From Octopus sinensis (lineage: Eukaryota), in contig NC_043000.1 in NCBI RefSeq assembly GCF_006345805.1, forward strand, positions 24,490,001 through 24,554,000: DNA of 64,000 nucleotides, written 5' to 3'. Positions 50,918 to 63,039 of the stretch are shown here, in pieces. How positions within the stretch are numbered: position 1 is the stretch's first letter; the number at the start of each line of letters is the position of its first letter. Below the pieces are notes generated by a model that was given only the letters and a program-made list of their open reading frames with translations, searched no databases and was not told the DNA's origin. Made by a program: the position numbers and the translations under genes.

Positions 50918-51560
50918 CCTTGATGCAGTACATAAATGCCTTGATGCAGTACCATGCCTTGATGCAGTACCATGCCTTGATGCAGTATAAATGCCTTGAT
51001 GCAGTACCAGGCAGAGGTTCTCATGGCTTCTGATCTTAACTGATTGGAAGTGTTATCATGTACATTGTTTTGTCTTGGTATAAAAGATGGGCTACAGCAA
51101 ATATTCTGCTCAATACCACAGATTTGCTTGTCAGTTGTTTGACCTTAACCAGTTGAGCATGTCCCTTAGTGGCTGACGATATGTGCATCTCTGATCACGA
51201 GCAGAAGTAGTGGGGGAGCATCATAGCCATGTGTTGAGAGGGATTCTTTGGAGTTTGAATGGTTCACCTCTGGAAACATAGGTGTTTCGTTCAACATCCT
51301 AAAGCACCCTTATTCAGGGACCTTTTGAGCGGGATGGGCTACTCAACCTGAAGAAAATCTAACTGGGCCCCACCTGCAAGGTCATGTGCTGTTTATCTTG
51401 ATATGAGATCACCATGTCGCGCACATATGGTTGTGATGCATGTGCCTGGTGTACCTTTATCAGACGGGTAGTCATGATGGGTATATTGGGCTTCGTATAT
51501 TTTACCCCAGTGTCACTTTGATGGCATGAACTGCTCTCTCACTCAATAATAATAATAATA
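50915..51560 (+). mobile_element. Unclassified about 640-nt interspersed element with (AAT)n tail
   Basis: Begins with five tandem atgccttgatgcagta units, has a GC-richer body with no ORF, and ends ctctctcactc(aat)n. Confidence 0.5.
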
Positions 51561-51563
51561 ATT

Positions 51564-52036
51564 ATCCTTTCTATTATATGCACAAGGCCTGCAATTAGGG
51601 GGAGGGGTTAAGTCAATTACATCGACTCCAGTATGCAACTGGTACTTAATTTATCACCCCTGAGAGGATGAAAGGCAAAGTCGACCTCAGAGGATTTGAA
51701 CTCAGAACATAGCGAGAGGTGAAACACCATTATGCATTTCGTCCAGCATGCTAATGATTCTGCCAGCTTGCCACCTTATAATAATAATAACAATAATCCT
51801 TTCTATCATAGGTACAAGGCCTGAAGTTTTGCGGGAGGGGACTAGTTAATTAACTTAACCCCAGTGTTTCACGGGTACTTAATTTATCAACCCCGAAAAA
51901 ATGAAAGGCAAAGTTGACCTCAGCAGAACTTGAACTCAGAACGTAGTGATGGGTGAAATACCATTAATCATTATGCCCGGTGTGTTAACGATTCTGCCAG
52001 CTCACCGCCTTCATAATAGTAGTAGTAATAATAATA

Positions 52037-52075
<39 letters not shown>

Positions 52076-52335
52076 TAATAATAATGATAATAATTTAATA
52101 ACAATGATGATAATAATAATAATCCTTTCTACTATATGCACAAAGCCTGAAATTTTTGGCGAGGGGGCCAGTCGATTTGATCGACCTCAGTGCACAACTG
52201 GTATTTAATTTATCGACCCCAAAAGGATGAAAGCAAAGTTGACCTTGGAGGAATTTGAACTCAGAATGTAGCGATGGGTGAAATACCACTAAGCACTTTG
52301 TCTGGCATGCTAACGTTTCTGCCAGCTCACCGCCT
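51564..52335 (-). mobile_element. Three tandem family B SINEs separated by (AAT)n
   Basis: Copies at about 51564-51776, 51796-52010 and 52122-52335, each starting atcctttcta and ending gccagct..cgcct. Confidence 0.9.
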
Positions 52336-52337
52336 TT

Positions 52338-52339
<2 letters not shown>

Positions 52340-52414
<75 letters not shown>

Positions 52415-52445
52415 AACAATACTACTACTACTAATAATAGTAATA
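52340..52445. repeat. (CAT)n(AAT)n(TAC)n compound microsatellite
   Basis: Seen directly; produces the poly-H/N ORF. Confidence 0.95.
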
Positions 52446-53220
52446 ATTTATATCATGCAGGTTTTTCTTTTTCATCTCTTTGTCTACTCAATTTGCACAG
52501 ACTGGACAGGTTAGCTAAACATTTCATCAAAAGCATAGCCTTTTTTCCTTTTTAATGAATGCCAGCTTAACAAATTTCGAGAGAGACATTTGAATTATAC
52601 GTCTGATTGTGCTGTTTCCCCTTTCATGCTCTCACTGCATTGCATTTGTTTACATTCTGTATATTGGCTAATATCATATTACATAAAATGAAGAATATGA
52701 AAGAAAAAAAAAAGAAAGAAAAAAGGAAGGGAAGGAAGATGTGAGTATTTGATGAGTTGGTTTCAATTTTCGGTTGAAGACAGTTCACCAATAACTGAAG
52801 GAGCCTTTACATTACCAATTCTCAACCTGTGGTCTATGGAACCCTGGTGATATGCAAAAGTTGTACTGGGGATCTGTGAGCCAAGTTCAAAATTTTGAGA
52901 CATTGCAGCGTTAAATGGATAATTACTCATGATAACGTTGATAGACTTATAAAATTTCAAAGTAATTTCAAAATCTACAGGAATTCTCTAATTTGTTTTA
53001 GATGCTTTTTATAACATGATCTACGCTTAAAACTATCTGCCATTGAACCTGAAATTGGGAACGCAGTATCAACAAAGTACCACCAACCATTTCATTAGAA
53101 AAGTAAGTGTTTTCGGTTAATATTGCAATTTATTTTAGTTGTATATATCAGTTAAATTTTTCTTTCAGTTGAAAGAGAGGGTTTAACTCTTTCGTTACTG
53201 TATTTCTGTTGAGATGCTCT

Positions 53221-53428
53221 GTGTTTGTCCCCCCACCAACATTGCTTGACATCTGATGTTGGTGTGTTTACGTCCCTGTAATTTAGCGGTTTGGCAAAAA
53301 GAGTACCAATAGAATAAGTACTAGGCTTACAAAGAATAAGTCCTGAGGTCGATTTGCTTGACTAAAAGGTGGTGCTCCAGCATGGGCACAGTCAAAATGA
53401 CTGAAACAAGTAAAGGAATAAAAGAATA
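53221..53428 (+). mobile_element. SINE family A 3' half fused to a piggyBac-MITE end
   Basis: ttaactctttcgttactgtatttctgttgagatgctc (about 53183-53220) runs directly into the family A tail. Confidence 0.8.
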
Positions 53429-53569
53429 AAATAAATTTCTAATAATATCTAATTATAAAAATATAAGATTTTTAAACATTTCATGGCTATGTGGGTCCAA
53501 ATGAATATATGAACCAAAGGATCCTTTGGTAAAAAATGATTTAATAGAATCTATTTCATGTATACTTAT

Positions 53570-53786
53570 ATTCTTTTACTCTTTTACTTGTTTCAGTCAT
53601 TTGGCTGTGGCCATGCTGGAGCACCTTTAGTCAAGCAAATTGACCCCAGGACTTATTCTTTGTAAGCCTAATACTTATTCTATTGTTCTCTTTTGCCGAA
53701 CCGCTATGTTACGGGGATGTAAACACACCAGCATCAGCTGTCAAGTGATATTGGGGGTGGGGGCAGACACAACACACAAGCATATG

Positions 53787-53834
<48 letters not shown>

Positions 53835-53998
53835 TACGACAGGCTTCATTCAGTTTCCGTCTATCAAATCCACTCACAAGGCTTTGGTCGGCCTGAGGTT
53901 ATAGTAGAAGACACTTGCCCATGGTGCTACGCAGTGGGACTGAACCTGGAACCATGTGGTTTGTAAGCAAGCTACTTACCACACAGCCACTCCTGTGC
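53570..53998 (-). mobile_element. SINE family A
   Basis: Full reverse copy, tail-to-tail with 53221-53428. Confidence 0.9.
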
Positions 53999-55198
53999 CT
54001 ATATATTGCTAACTACTCTTGTACATCTGCCACATACAAGCTCTAGCTTTCCTTTTAGCATATCTGAACTGTAGTCCTATCATACCTCTTATGTATCCAT
54101 AGTTTACAATGGTAAATACTGTATGGAATTTATGTCTACTACTTGTCTGCATTTCAAGCATGGCCTTTTCCTTAACGGCACCAGGATCCTGTCTTCTTTC
54201 CTACTTATAAAAACTGTTTTCTTGTTTGTTTGTTTTTGTAATATAATGTAAACATCTCACTTTCTCATATATCTGTGTGTGCGTGTGTGTGTTGGAGAGA
54301 ATGAGAGAAATATGTGTGTATTTGTGTGTGTGTGTTTGGATATGTCTAGTTCATCTCAATTTTCTTTATTTTTCTGTTGTTGTTTAAGTAATTCCATTCC
54401 AACAATATTTTCATAAGTTTTGTTATGCAACAATCATATTAGCGACACAATAACATAACAACGAAAACATGTTGTAACAACAAAATATGTTGATATTATG
54501 GAGTGCATGACCCAAAGTATTTTTCAAGTATTGCTCAAATAGTACATAAACACACATGTGCACATATGCATACACACACATGCATGCACACACACAATTA
54601 TAAAAGGTGTTATTAAATGCAGGAAGCATTAAAAATGCTAACTCGAAATAATTGTACAATGAAGAAAAAAATAACAATATTAGTTATGATGAGTGTTATT
54701 TTGGTAACCATATATGTGCATTTGTTACCAGCAATTATGTGCGTGTGCACATGCGTAGGTGTGTATATAAGGAAATGTTAGTATATGCATGCATCCACTA
54801 CCAGTAAATGATTGGAACATGTGCACGCATGTATGTATTCCTTGTTGCATACAGAATCAAAGAAGGGACATCAGCATGAGTTGGTTTACAATTGTTAAGG
54901 TTTTATATAAACTAATAATGAACAACTAATAATTAATTAAGTTATACAAATGAATGAGATAATTGAATTAAAGTAAATAGTTCAGTATCACCATGGCAAT
55001 AACTAATATAAAATAAATTACAACAAACAAATATTGACAAAAATAACATGGTTAATTTGCATGGGAAGAAAAAAGGACTTTTCGATGTGAAACAAAATAT
55101 AAATTATTTTGTAATATAACTGGCAGTGTGTCCTCCAACTCTCTCTTTTGTTTGTCTCCTTGACACATACATTAAATGTAATTACACTTTCACTAAGT

Positions 55199-55490
55199 GG
55201 AGGCACATGGCCTAGTGGTTAGAGCAGCAGACTCGCAGTCGAGGGATCGCGGGTTTGAATCTCAGACCGGGCAATGTGTGTGTTTATGAGTGAAACACCT
55301 AAGCTCCATGCAGCTCTGGCAGAAGGTAATGGTGAACTTCTGATGATGTTTTTGCCACAACTTTCTCTCACTCTTTCCTTCTGCATCTTGCAGCTCACCT
55401 GCGACAGACCGGCATCCCGTCAAAAGTGGGGAGCCTATATGCCAAGGAAACCAGTCCTTATAAGCCAGGCATAGCTCGAGAAGGAACAAA
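55199..55490 (+). mobile_element. tRNA-derived SINE family D
   Basis: ggaggcacatggcctagtggttagagcagcagactcgc..gggtttgaatctc (A and B boxes). Confidence 0.85.
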
Positions 55491-55577
55491 CACTTTCACT
55501 ATGTCTAAATTTCTCGGAACATTGACAAGTTGTTTAGTTAAATGAGCCATGAAATTTTCACTATTTCTTTACTGTGA

Positions 55578-55800
55578 GATAAAGAAGCTTGCTTCCCATT
55601 CATGTGGTCTTGGGTTCAGTCCTACTACATGTTATCTTGAACATATGTCTTCTACTATAGCCCTGGGCCAACCAAAGCCACTTGAGTAGATTTGGTAGAC
55701 AGAAATTGAAAGAAACCTGTTTGTTTGTTTGTTTGTATGTATGTATATATGTACTTACAAATATATGCCTTGCATGTATACATATGTGTGTGAGTGTATG
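55578..55800 (+). mobile_element. SINE family A, partial
   Basis: aagaagcttgcttccc..cttctactatagccctggg..gatttggtagacagaaattg. Confidence 0.7.
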
Positions 55801-56139
55801 TGTTTACTCTTGTCTAGACATCATCATACAAGCAAGATTTTTTCTTTCCAGTCTTTGCTTGGAAACAGGTGAAGGTTGGCAACAAGAATGGAATCCAATC
55901 ATAGAAAATCCACATTAACAAATTCTATCTGAGCCATGCAAGCATGGAAAAGTGAGTATTGAATGATGATGATGTACATTGTGTTTAACATGTGTATATA
56001 TTTTGTATGTATATGTATTGTACTGAAGGACAACCTCAGGATGCTGAACCTTTCAGATGAGATGACAAAGGACTGAGATATCTGGTGCTTTGCTGTACTC
56101 AAGAAGACCCTTACTCCACAGCAGAAGTGTTAAGGTCAC

Positions 56140-56395
56140 TCCCTCTGGTGAAGTGCATTGGCCTGAAAGAGTCCTCTGCTGGTGCCACGTGAAAGAACCC
56201 GTGCAGTGTCACATAGAAGCACTCTGCACACTCTGTAAAAGTGGTTGGTGACAGGAAGAACATCCAGCTGTAGAAACCATGTCAAATCAGACTGGAATCT
56301 GGTGCAGCCCCCCACCCCCATCCAGCTTGCCAGCTCTGGTTAAACTGTCCAACCCATGTCAGCATGGACAATGGACATTAAATGATGATGATGAT
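56140..56395 (+). mobile_element. SINE family C-related
   Basis: catccagctgtagaaacc..gcatggacaatggacattaaatgatgatg. Confidence 0.75.
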
Positions 56396-57217
56396 ATACA
56401 TTTTGCTATTAAATGACAAAAAAGAATGTATTTTAGTTAATCCTTCATGATATACTTTTCTGCAAATAATAAATTACAAAATTGACACTTAAATATTACA
56501 GAAATAACCCTTTTGATATCAAACCTACCTACGACTGCCCTTAGTTCTATGAAACAGACATCCTGCTTTATAAAGTAATCCAAATGAAAAGCTTTCTATC
56601 AAAATTTCGTGTTAATTTATGTTCCAAACACCAGCTTAATAATGTTCCAAGGTTGGAGAAAACAATATCAAGAGATAAGTCATGAAGTATATAATAATTA
56701 AAAGAAATAGCATCTCCATTAGGTTCCATGTACTATTGACTCTTTGTATTAGAATATATTCTCTAAACACCTGTACCTTCAATATAATCCTAAGGAAGAC
56801 TATGAAACAAATCTGATAAACTTAGATTTTTTAAGTATCGTGCAAACCCTGCGTTGATAGATACACAATCACACAAATATGCTTTTTCATATACCATTAT
56901 CACCAACAGTCACATTTAACATTCATTTTCTTATATGTTTGCAAACAAATTGATATATGAAGCAAACAGCTCTTAAAATTGCAAGCACACATACTAATGA
57001 AATTACATGCATTTAAGTTGATTGGTTCTCACTAAAATTTCAGATGATATGAGTCCAGTTGCTGTTGGTTTGCCAGAGCCCATAACAGTGTGTGTGGAGT
57101 GACTACAGCATGAATTCCACAGTAGGAGGATTAAATGTGAAGTAAATGTTTCTACCTTGGAATTGAACCATGACAGCTTTATGGTAGGTTCATGCTGGAG
57201 ATAAGTCATTCCACTAC

Positions 57218-57447
57218 GGCGAGCTGGCAGAATCGTTAGCACGCCGGGCGAAATGCGTAGCCATATTTCATCTGCTGTTACATTCTGAGTTCAAATTCCG
57301 CCGACGTCGATTTTGTCTTTCATCCTTTTGGGGTCGATAAATTAAGTACCAGTTATGCACTGGGTTCAATGTAATCGACTTAATACTTTTGTCTGTCCTT
57401 GTTTGTCCTCTCTGTGTTTAGCCCCTTGTGGGTAGTAAAGAAATAGA
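57218..57447 (+). mobile_element. SINE family B
   Basis: Full copy; diverged TSD gataagtcattccac / gatatgttattccac. Confidence 0.85.
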
Positions 57448-57645
57448 TATGTTATTCCACAACTAAGCTGAAATTTGTCATCTGTTTGAGACAAATCAAA
57501 GCCAAAATCCAATTCTGTGAATGTGCATATGAGTGTATGTATGTGCATAAGTATGTATATATTCACATACACACACTGAATTAATGCTGAATTGTGTCAA
57601 ATGAATGAGACAGAAGTGCTCAATACATATAAAGTATATGGTTTG

Positions 57646-57768
57646 TTGAAACTGAATGTTTATCTTGTGACTTGAGTTTCATGCCACTGTGATCTTCAGG
57701 TAAGGGTTCTTCACCGAAGATCACAGTGGTGTGAAATCCAAGTTGTAAGATAAAACATTCAGTTCCAA
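57646..57768. mobile_element. Compact foldback with a hammerhead-like motif in each arm
   Basis: About 59-nt arms with a 4-nt loop. Minus arm 57664-57704: cttac|CTGAAGA|t..t|GAAAC|tcaa|GTC|acaag. Plus arm 57709-57749: cttca|CCGAAGA|t-cac-agtg-gtg-t|GAAAT|ccaa|GTT|gtaag. Confidence 0.7.
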
Positions 57769-58709
57769 TAAACTCTTCCCCTTGTCCCCCCTCTCTCTCT
57801 CACACAAACACACACACATACATATATACAGAGAGAGAGACAGATTTTCTATAATCTAAATAAATACACACACACATATATGTTTGCATAAAGTAAATAT
57901 GCAAATATTTTCTTTATCTAGATATATTTGAGATTAATACTTTCTGTTTAATTATTTCCCACAGAGATTGATTATAGCTCTAACTAATTATTAATTAACT
58001 GTAAAGCACGGTCAGTGAATAAAAGCTTTGATAAGCTAAATAAGATGCACCTAACGAGATACATGCATATCTAGCTACCACTATACACACACAGAGATAT
58101 TCAACTTAAACAAACCCAACCAATATCAAGTGACAGTGTAGATGCATTTTCAAGGGCTGCTAACTGCAGGAAAAAGTTAAAGTTGAACAAACGGTTTGGC
58201 ATTAAATATGTTCCTCAGCCAATAAATGAAAAGAAAAACAATTACTTCCTCAGAAGATCTGCTTCAGTCACTGAAGCATAAAAAAATAAATGCCGGCGGT
58301 TAAATGACTACATACTTTTCAGATTATCTTCAATCTCGACATAAGCCCCCTAATTTAATGTGTGTGTATGGGGAGGGGGACCAATAGTGTAGTTTGATGC
58401 AAATGGAGAAGAAAATCTCCTACAATGAATTTCCTTCAATAATTTCTGTTAAGGATGAATGGTGGTGCATATAGATTATGCATGTCTTACCAGACTAGTG
58501 AAAGTCGATGCAGTTGATGTTTAGTTGTGGAACATTTGCAAATTGATATCTATAAAGAGAATGTGGGTAAGGATAGTTTATGAAACGGTAGTAGTTCTTG
58601 GTATAAAAGATTGTCTTAAAGCAATGTTTGGGGGATGAGACAGTAAAGATGATAAGAGGAGATAAAAATAAATCAGATCAGCTTGGATAAGGGTGATGCA
58701 GAGCTTACA

Positions 58710-59090
58710 TCTTCATCATCATCATCATCATCGTTTAACGTCCGCTTTCCATGCTAGCATGGGTTGGACGATTTGACTGAGGTCTGGTGAACCAGATGGC
58801 TGCACCAGGCTCCAATCTGATATGACAGAGTTTCTACAGCTGGATGCCCTTCCTAATGCCAACCACTCCGAGAGTGTAGTGGGTGCTTTCATGTGCCACC
58901 GGCACGAGGGCCAGTCAGGTGGTACTGGCAATGTCCACAAAAAAATTTTTTTACATGTCGCCTGCACACTGGCACAAGTGCCAGTAAGGCAACACTGGTA
59001 ACGATCACTTTCGAATGGTGCTTTTTATGTGCCACCAGCATGAAGGCCAGTTAGCTGCTCTGGCAACGATCACACTCAGATGGTGCTCTT
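58710..59090 (-). mobile_element. SINE family C
   Basis: Very similar to 14712-15080. Confidence 0.85.
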
Positions 59091-59399
59091 AGAAGTCTAG
59101 AAAAAAATGGATTGCTATCATGATGGTAGAAATGACATAATGTATCAAAATTGTAAGAGTTTTAGAATATTGTTGAGTGAATGTGCTCAACACTGTAAGG
59201 TCTATTCCTTGTTGTAGTGTGGTCTTTTGTGTGTCTCAATGACCCTGAGAGAGCTGTGCCAGCAGCACAAGCTCTTGGTTGGACCTTTTATTGTGGACAG
59301 GTCAAAGGATAGAGACCAGACTAATATGCACTACCTCTTCTCAGAGGTAAAAATGGGTTTGCATAGGGCTAAAATTCCTACCTAAAAAAAAAAACCGAA

Positions 59400-59575
59400 G
59401 TTACAGAAGCATTGATGACAGTTCAAATGCAACATGACCCTGGGCAAGAAAGGTCGTCTTTCAAGAAACATCAAGAGGATGTACGAAATGAGAAGCACAG
59501 TACAGCTCAGAGTTGACAATAGTAGAGAAAAGTCAGCAATGGCCTGTGCTCCAAAGGGAGTGAAAAGAATAAGTG
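59400..59575 (+). pseudogene. Possible RTE LINE extreme 3' remnant
   Basis: Translation ..PGQERSSFKKHQEDV..RKVSNGLCSKGSEKNK* resembles the RTE terminal ..W..LV.GLCS.G.EED* motif. Confidence 0.4.
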
Positions 59576-59754
59576 AAAGTGTATTAATCAATAAGATGGT
59601 CTGTTTGGGGATTGTGAAGCTGTGTCATAGTCACAGACATACAAACAGCTCTGTAGTAACTCCTTATGGTTTATAAATATAGAGTCAACAGATGGCCAAA
59701 ACTAACTAAGTTTCTAGTCTGAAATTAAAGCAAAGCTTCTGAGGTTTATTTTTG

Positions 59755-59995
59755 GTCAAAAAGCACCAACTGATTGTGGCTGCTGCCAGCCTCCCCTGGC
59801 ACCTGTGCCAGTGACATGTAAAAAGCACTCACTACACTCACAGGGTGGTTGGCGCTAGGAAGGGCATCCAGCTGTAGAAACACTGCCAGAGCAGACTGGA
59901 GCCTGGGGCAGCCTCCTGCCTTCCCAGACCCCGGTTGAACCATCCAAACCATGCTAGCATGGAAAACGGACGTTAAACGATGATGATGATGATAA
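59755..59995 (+). mobile_element. SINE family C
   Basis: Core plus (GAT)n tail. Confidence 0.85.
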
Positions 59996-60284
59996 TTATG
60001 TGGACATCATGAAAACAAATCATCAAAGTTACTAAGATCTATCAAGGTTTCAGGTAGGAGTTGACCATAAGAGGGGCATAGTGTTGTAAATGAGTAGTGG
60101 CACATGTGGTGGTAACTGTGTTCTTTGTTGGGGTGGAGTACATTTGTTGATGGAGACTAAGTTGCCATGTCCACAATGGAGGATGCTCGCAAAGAACCTG
60201 CACACGGTACCAGTGCAGGTCTGCTAAAAAGTATCAAGGATACATGATGTATGTTGCCTATAACAAAAATCAAAAGGTACTGTT

Positions 60285-60496
60285 CTTATTTCTTTACTGC
60301 CCACAAGGGGCTACACACAGGGGACAAACAAGGACAGACACACGGAGATTATATCGACCCCAGTGTGTAACTGGTACTTATTTAATTGACCCTGAAAGTC
60401 GACCACAGCAGAATTTGAACTCAGAATATAGTGGCAGACGAAATACCATTAAGCATTTCGCCCAGCGTGCTGACGATTCTGCCAGCTCGCTGCCTT
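60285..60496 (-). mobile_element. SINE family B with 13-nt TSD
   Basis: TSD aaaaggtactgtt at 60272-60284 and 60497-60509. Confidence 0.85.
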
Positions 60497-61763
60497 AAAA
60501 GGTACTGTTGTCTACATAGAAGTGTGTGTTGAGAAATAACTGAGAACAGGCCTTAGGTACAGAGAAATAATTGAAGGGGATACATAACTGAGCCTTGGAG
60601 TATATCAGAGTAAGAAGAACTTAGGTTAGAGAACCTTAGAAATACAAAAAGTGGTTGAATGGAAAACTTCCAATCAAAAAAGGCACAAGCCGAGTGAGTG
60701 GATCTGAGAAATGGGCAGTTTTTCCAGAATATTCTTGTATTATATCCAGTCAATGGCTTTCTCATTATCAAGAATATGGTACTGCTTTTGCTGACACTTT
60801 CAAGGGCATATTTAAGCATGAGATAAGAAAACAGATCTTCAGCATCAATACTTACTGATAAAGCAGCATTTGAAGGTGATAAAATAGATTACTTTTGAGA
60901 CGCCTTAAGTTTAGGGCAGTATATTTGTAATAAAGATGTGAGATCACTGTTAGAAGAAAACCAGACAGATACTTTTAGTTGTACATCTGGAGTACTGTGT
61001 TCTAGATCTGACAGTTTGACCCTAGTAGTTTAACAAGATGTTTCCCTGCAAATGTTCTGATTGACAAGAACTGGTTAGGGTAGAATTGGTAAAACAGATA
61101 AGCATGACAACATATTTAATAAATAACATAGCAGTATATCATAAATATATGAGCCAAGTTTAAACTGCTACTGTTCTTATACAATAAATCTGACATTTAT
61201 AAAACCAATCTATTGTAAGTTATGAGAGATCAATGAATAAAATTTATAATTGAGATGTCTTCCTTTACATAATTGGTGTGACACTGCTCTGCACTTGGCT
61301 AGACACTAAAATCAATTTTTTTGCAATTTACCTGGCAGCGAAAAATGTTAATAAAAAGAGAGAATGTCTCATTGGTAAAATGCCAAAGAAACTGATAGTT
61401 TACAGTACTGAAGCAAATCATTTCCAATGAAAATACATAAATAATTATTACATAAGTAGCAAAGAAGCCTGAGATTCTTTGCCAAACAGGAAGTTAAGAT
61501 ATTCATGCTTTTTCAAGATCATTAGTAATTTAAGATAAATGAAATGATTCCAACCAGGATTTGAAACTGAACCACAGTCACTCATCACTGAACACTTACT
61601 TCAAGGTGAACACCACTAATAAATAAGTAATTAAATAACCAGAATACTTAGTAATTACTTTGTATCTCAGTGTCTTCTGAAAAGACACAAATTTACAATA
61701 AAACAGAAGGAAATTACATGCTGCTCATCCTTTTCTTCATGGTATTAACAATGTTATTGAAGA

Positions 61764-62180
61764 AGGCGACGAGCTGGCAGAAACGATAGCACGCCAGGCA
61801 AAATGCTTTGCAGTATTTTGTCTGCCGTTACGTTCCGAGTTCGAATTCTGCCGAGGTCAACTTTGCCTTTCATCCTTTCGGGGCGATAAATTAAGTACCA
61901 GTTACGCACTGGGGTTGATATAATCGACTTAATCCGTTTGTCTGTCATTGTTTGTCCCCTCTGTGTTTAGCCCCTTGTGGGTAGTAAAGAAATAGGTATA
62001 TCGTCTGCCGTTACGTTCTGAGTTCAAATTCCGCCAAGGTCAACTTTGCCTTTCATCCTTTCGGGGTCAATAAATTAAGTACCAGTTACACACTGGGATT
62101 GATATAATTGACTAAATCCGTTTGTCTGTCCTTGTTTGTCCCCTCTGTGCTTAGCCCCTTGTGGGTAGTAAAGAAATAGG
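61764..62180 (+). mobile_element. Dimeric SINE family B with 18-nt TSD
   Basis: TSD ggtattaacaatgttatt at 61741-61758 and 62179-62196 flanks head+body+tail+body+tail. Confidence 0.9.
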
Positions 62181-62579
62181 TATTAACAATGTTATTCAAG
62201 GGTGTCTAGAACTGACACAGATGCCCGAAATTTACAATGAAGTGGGGTATAGTTAACTGAAGCAAATCTGGATAGTATAAGCCAGGTGGTTTCATATAGT
62301 TTTATTATCTGGAGGAGAATAGGGGTGGTATACAAAGTCAAGCCTGGCAGGATTTGAACTAGGGACACGAAAATATAAAACTAAATACTTGATCTGTTGG
62401 TCAAATATTTCTGATTATAATTCTTTCTACTAGAGGTACAAGGTCTGAAATTTTGAGGGAAGGGGATAGCCAATTACATTGACCACAATACTTATTTCAT
62501 TGACCCCAAAAAGATGAATGACAAAGTTGACCTTGGCAGAATTTGAACTCAGAATGTGAAGATGGCTGTGCCACTGAGC

Positions 62580-62960
62580 ATTTTTTTCTTTTATTCTTTT
62601 ACTTATTTCAGTCATTTGACTGCAGCCATGCTGGGGCACCACCTTTAGTCGAACAAATCAAACCCAGGACTTATTCTTTGTAAGCCTAGTACTTATTCTA
62701 TCTTTCTCTTTTGCCAAACTGCTAAGTTACGGGGACATAAACATATCAATATCGGTTGTCAAGCAATGGTGGATGGGACAAACAGACACAAATACACACA
62801 CACACACATCGATGACAGGCTTCTTTCAGTTTCTGTCTACCAAATCCACTCACAAGGCTTTGGTTGGCCCAAGGCTTTAGTAGAAGACACTTGCCAAAGG
62901 TGCCACACAGTGAGACTGAACCCAGAACCATGTGATTGGGAAGCAGGCTTCTTATCATAC
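62580..62960 (-). mobile_element. SINE family A
   Basis: Reverse copy. Confidence 0.85.
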
Positions 62961-63039
62961 ATGCTAATGATTCGGCTAGTTCATTACCTTAATACTTCTC
63001 TGATAACAAAAAGTGGTTCTAATATAAGCAAAATTGTGG

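Noticed and set aside
30940-51010. Short tandem repeats (18-mer at 30947-31005, 17-18-mer at 50915-51010) and family C internal units as CRISPR-like arrays
   Set aside because: Eukaryotic context, no unique equal-length spacers, no cas genes, and the units lie inside mobile elements.
1383-55490. SINE heads as genuine tRNA genes
   Set aside because: A and B boxes are present, but there is no complete cloverleaf or acceptor stem and each continues into a repeat body.
60790-60845. Minus-strand ctgaaga..gaaa motif
   Set aside because: No stem II or stem III/NUH arrangement.
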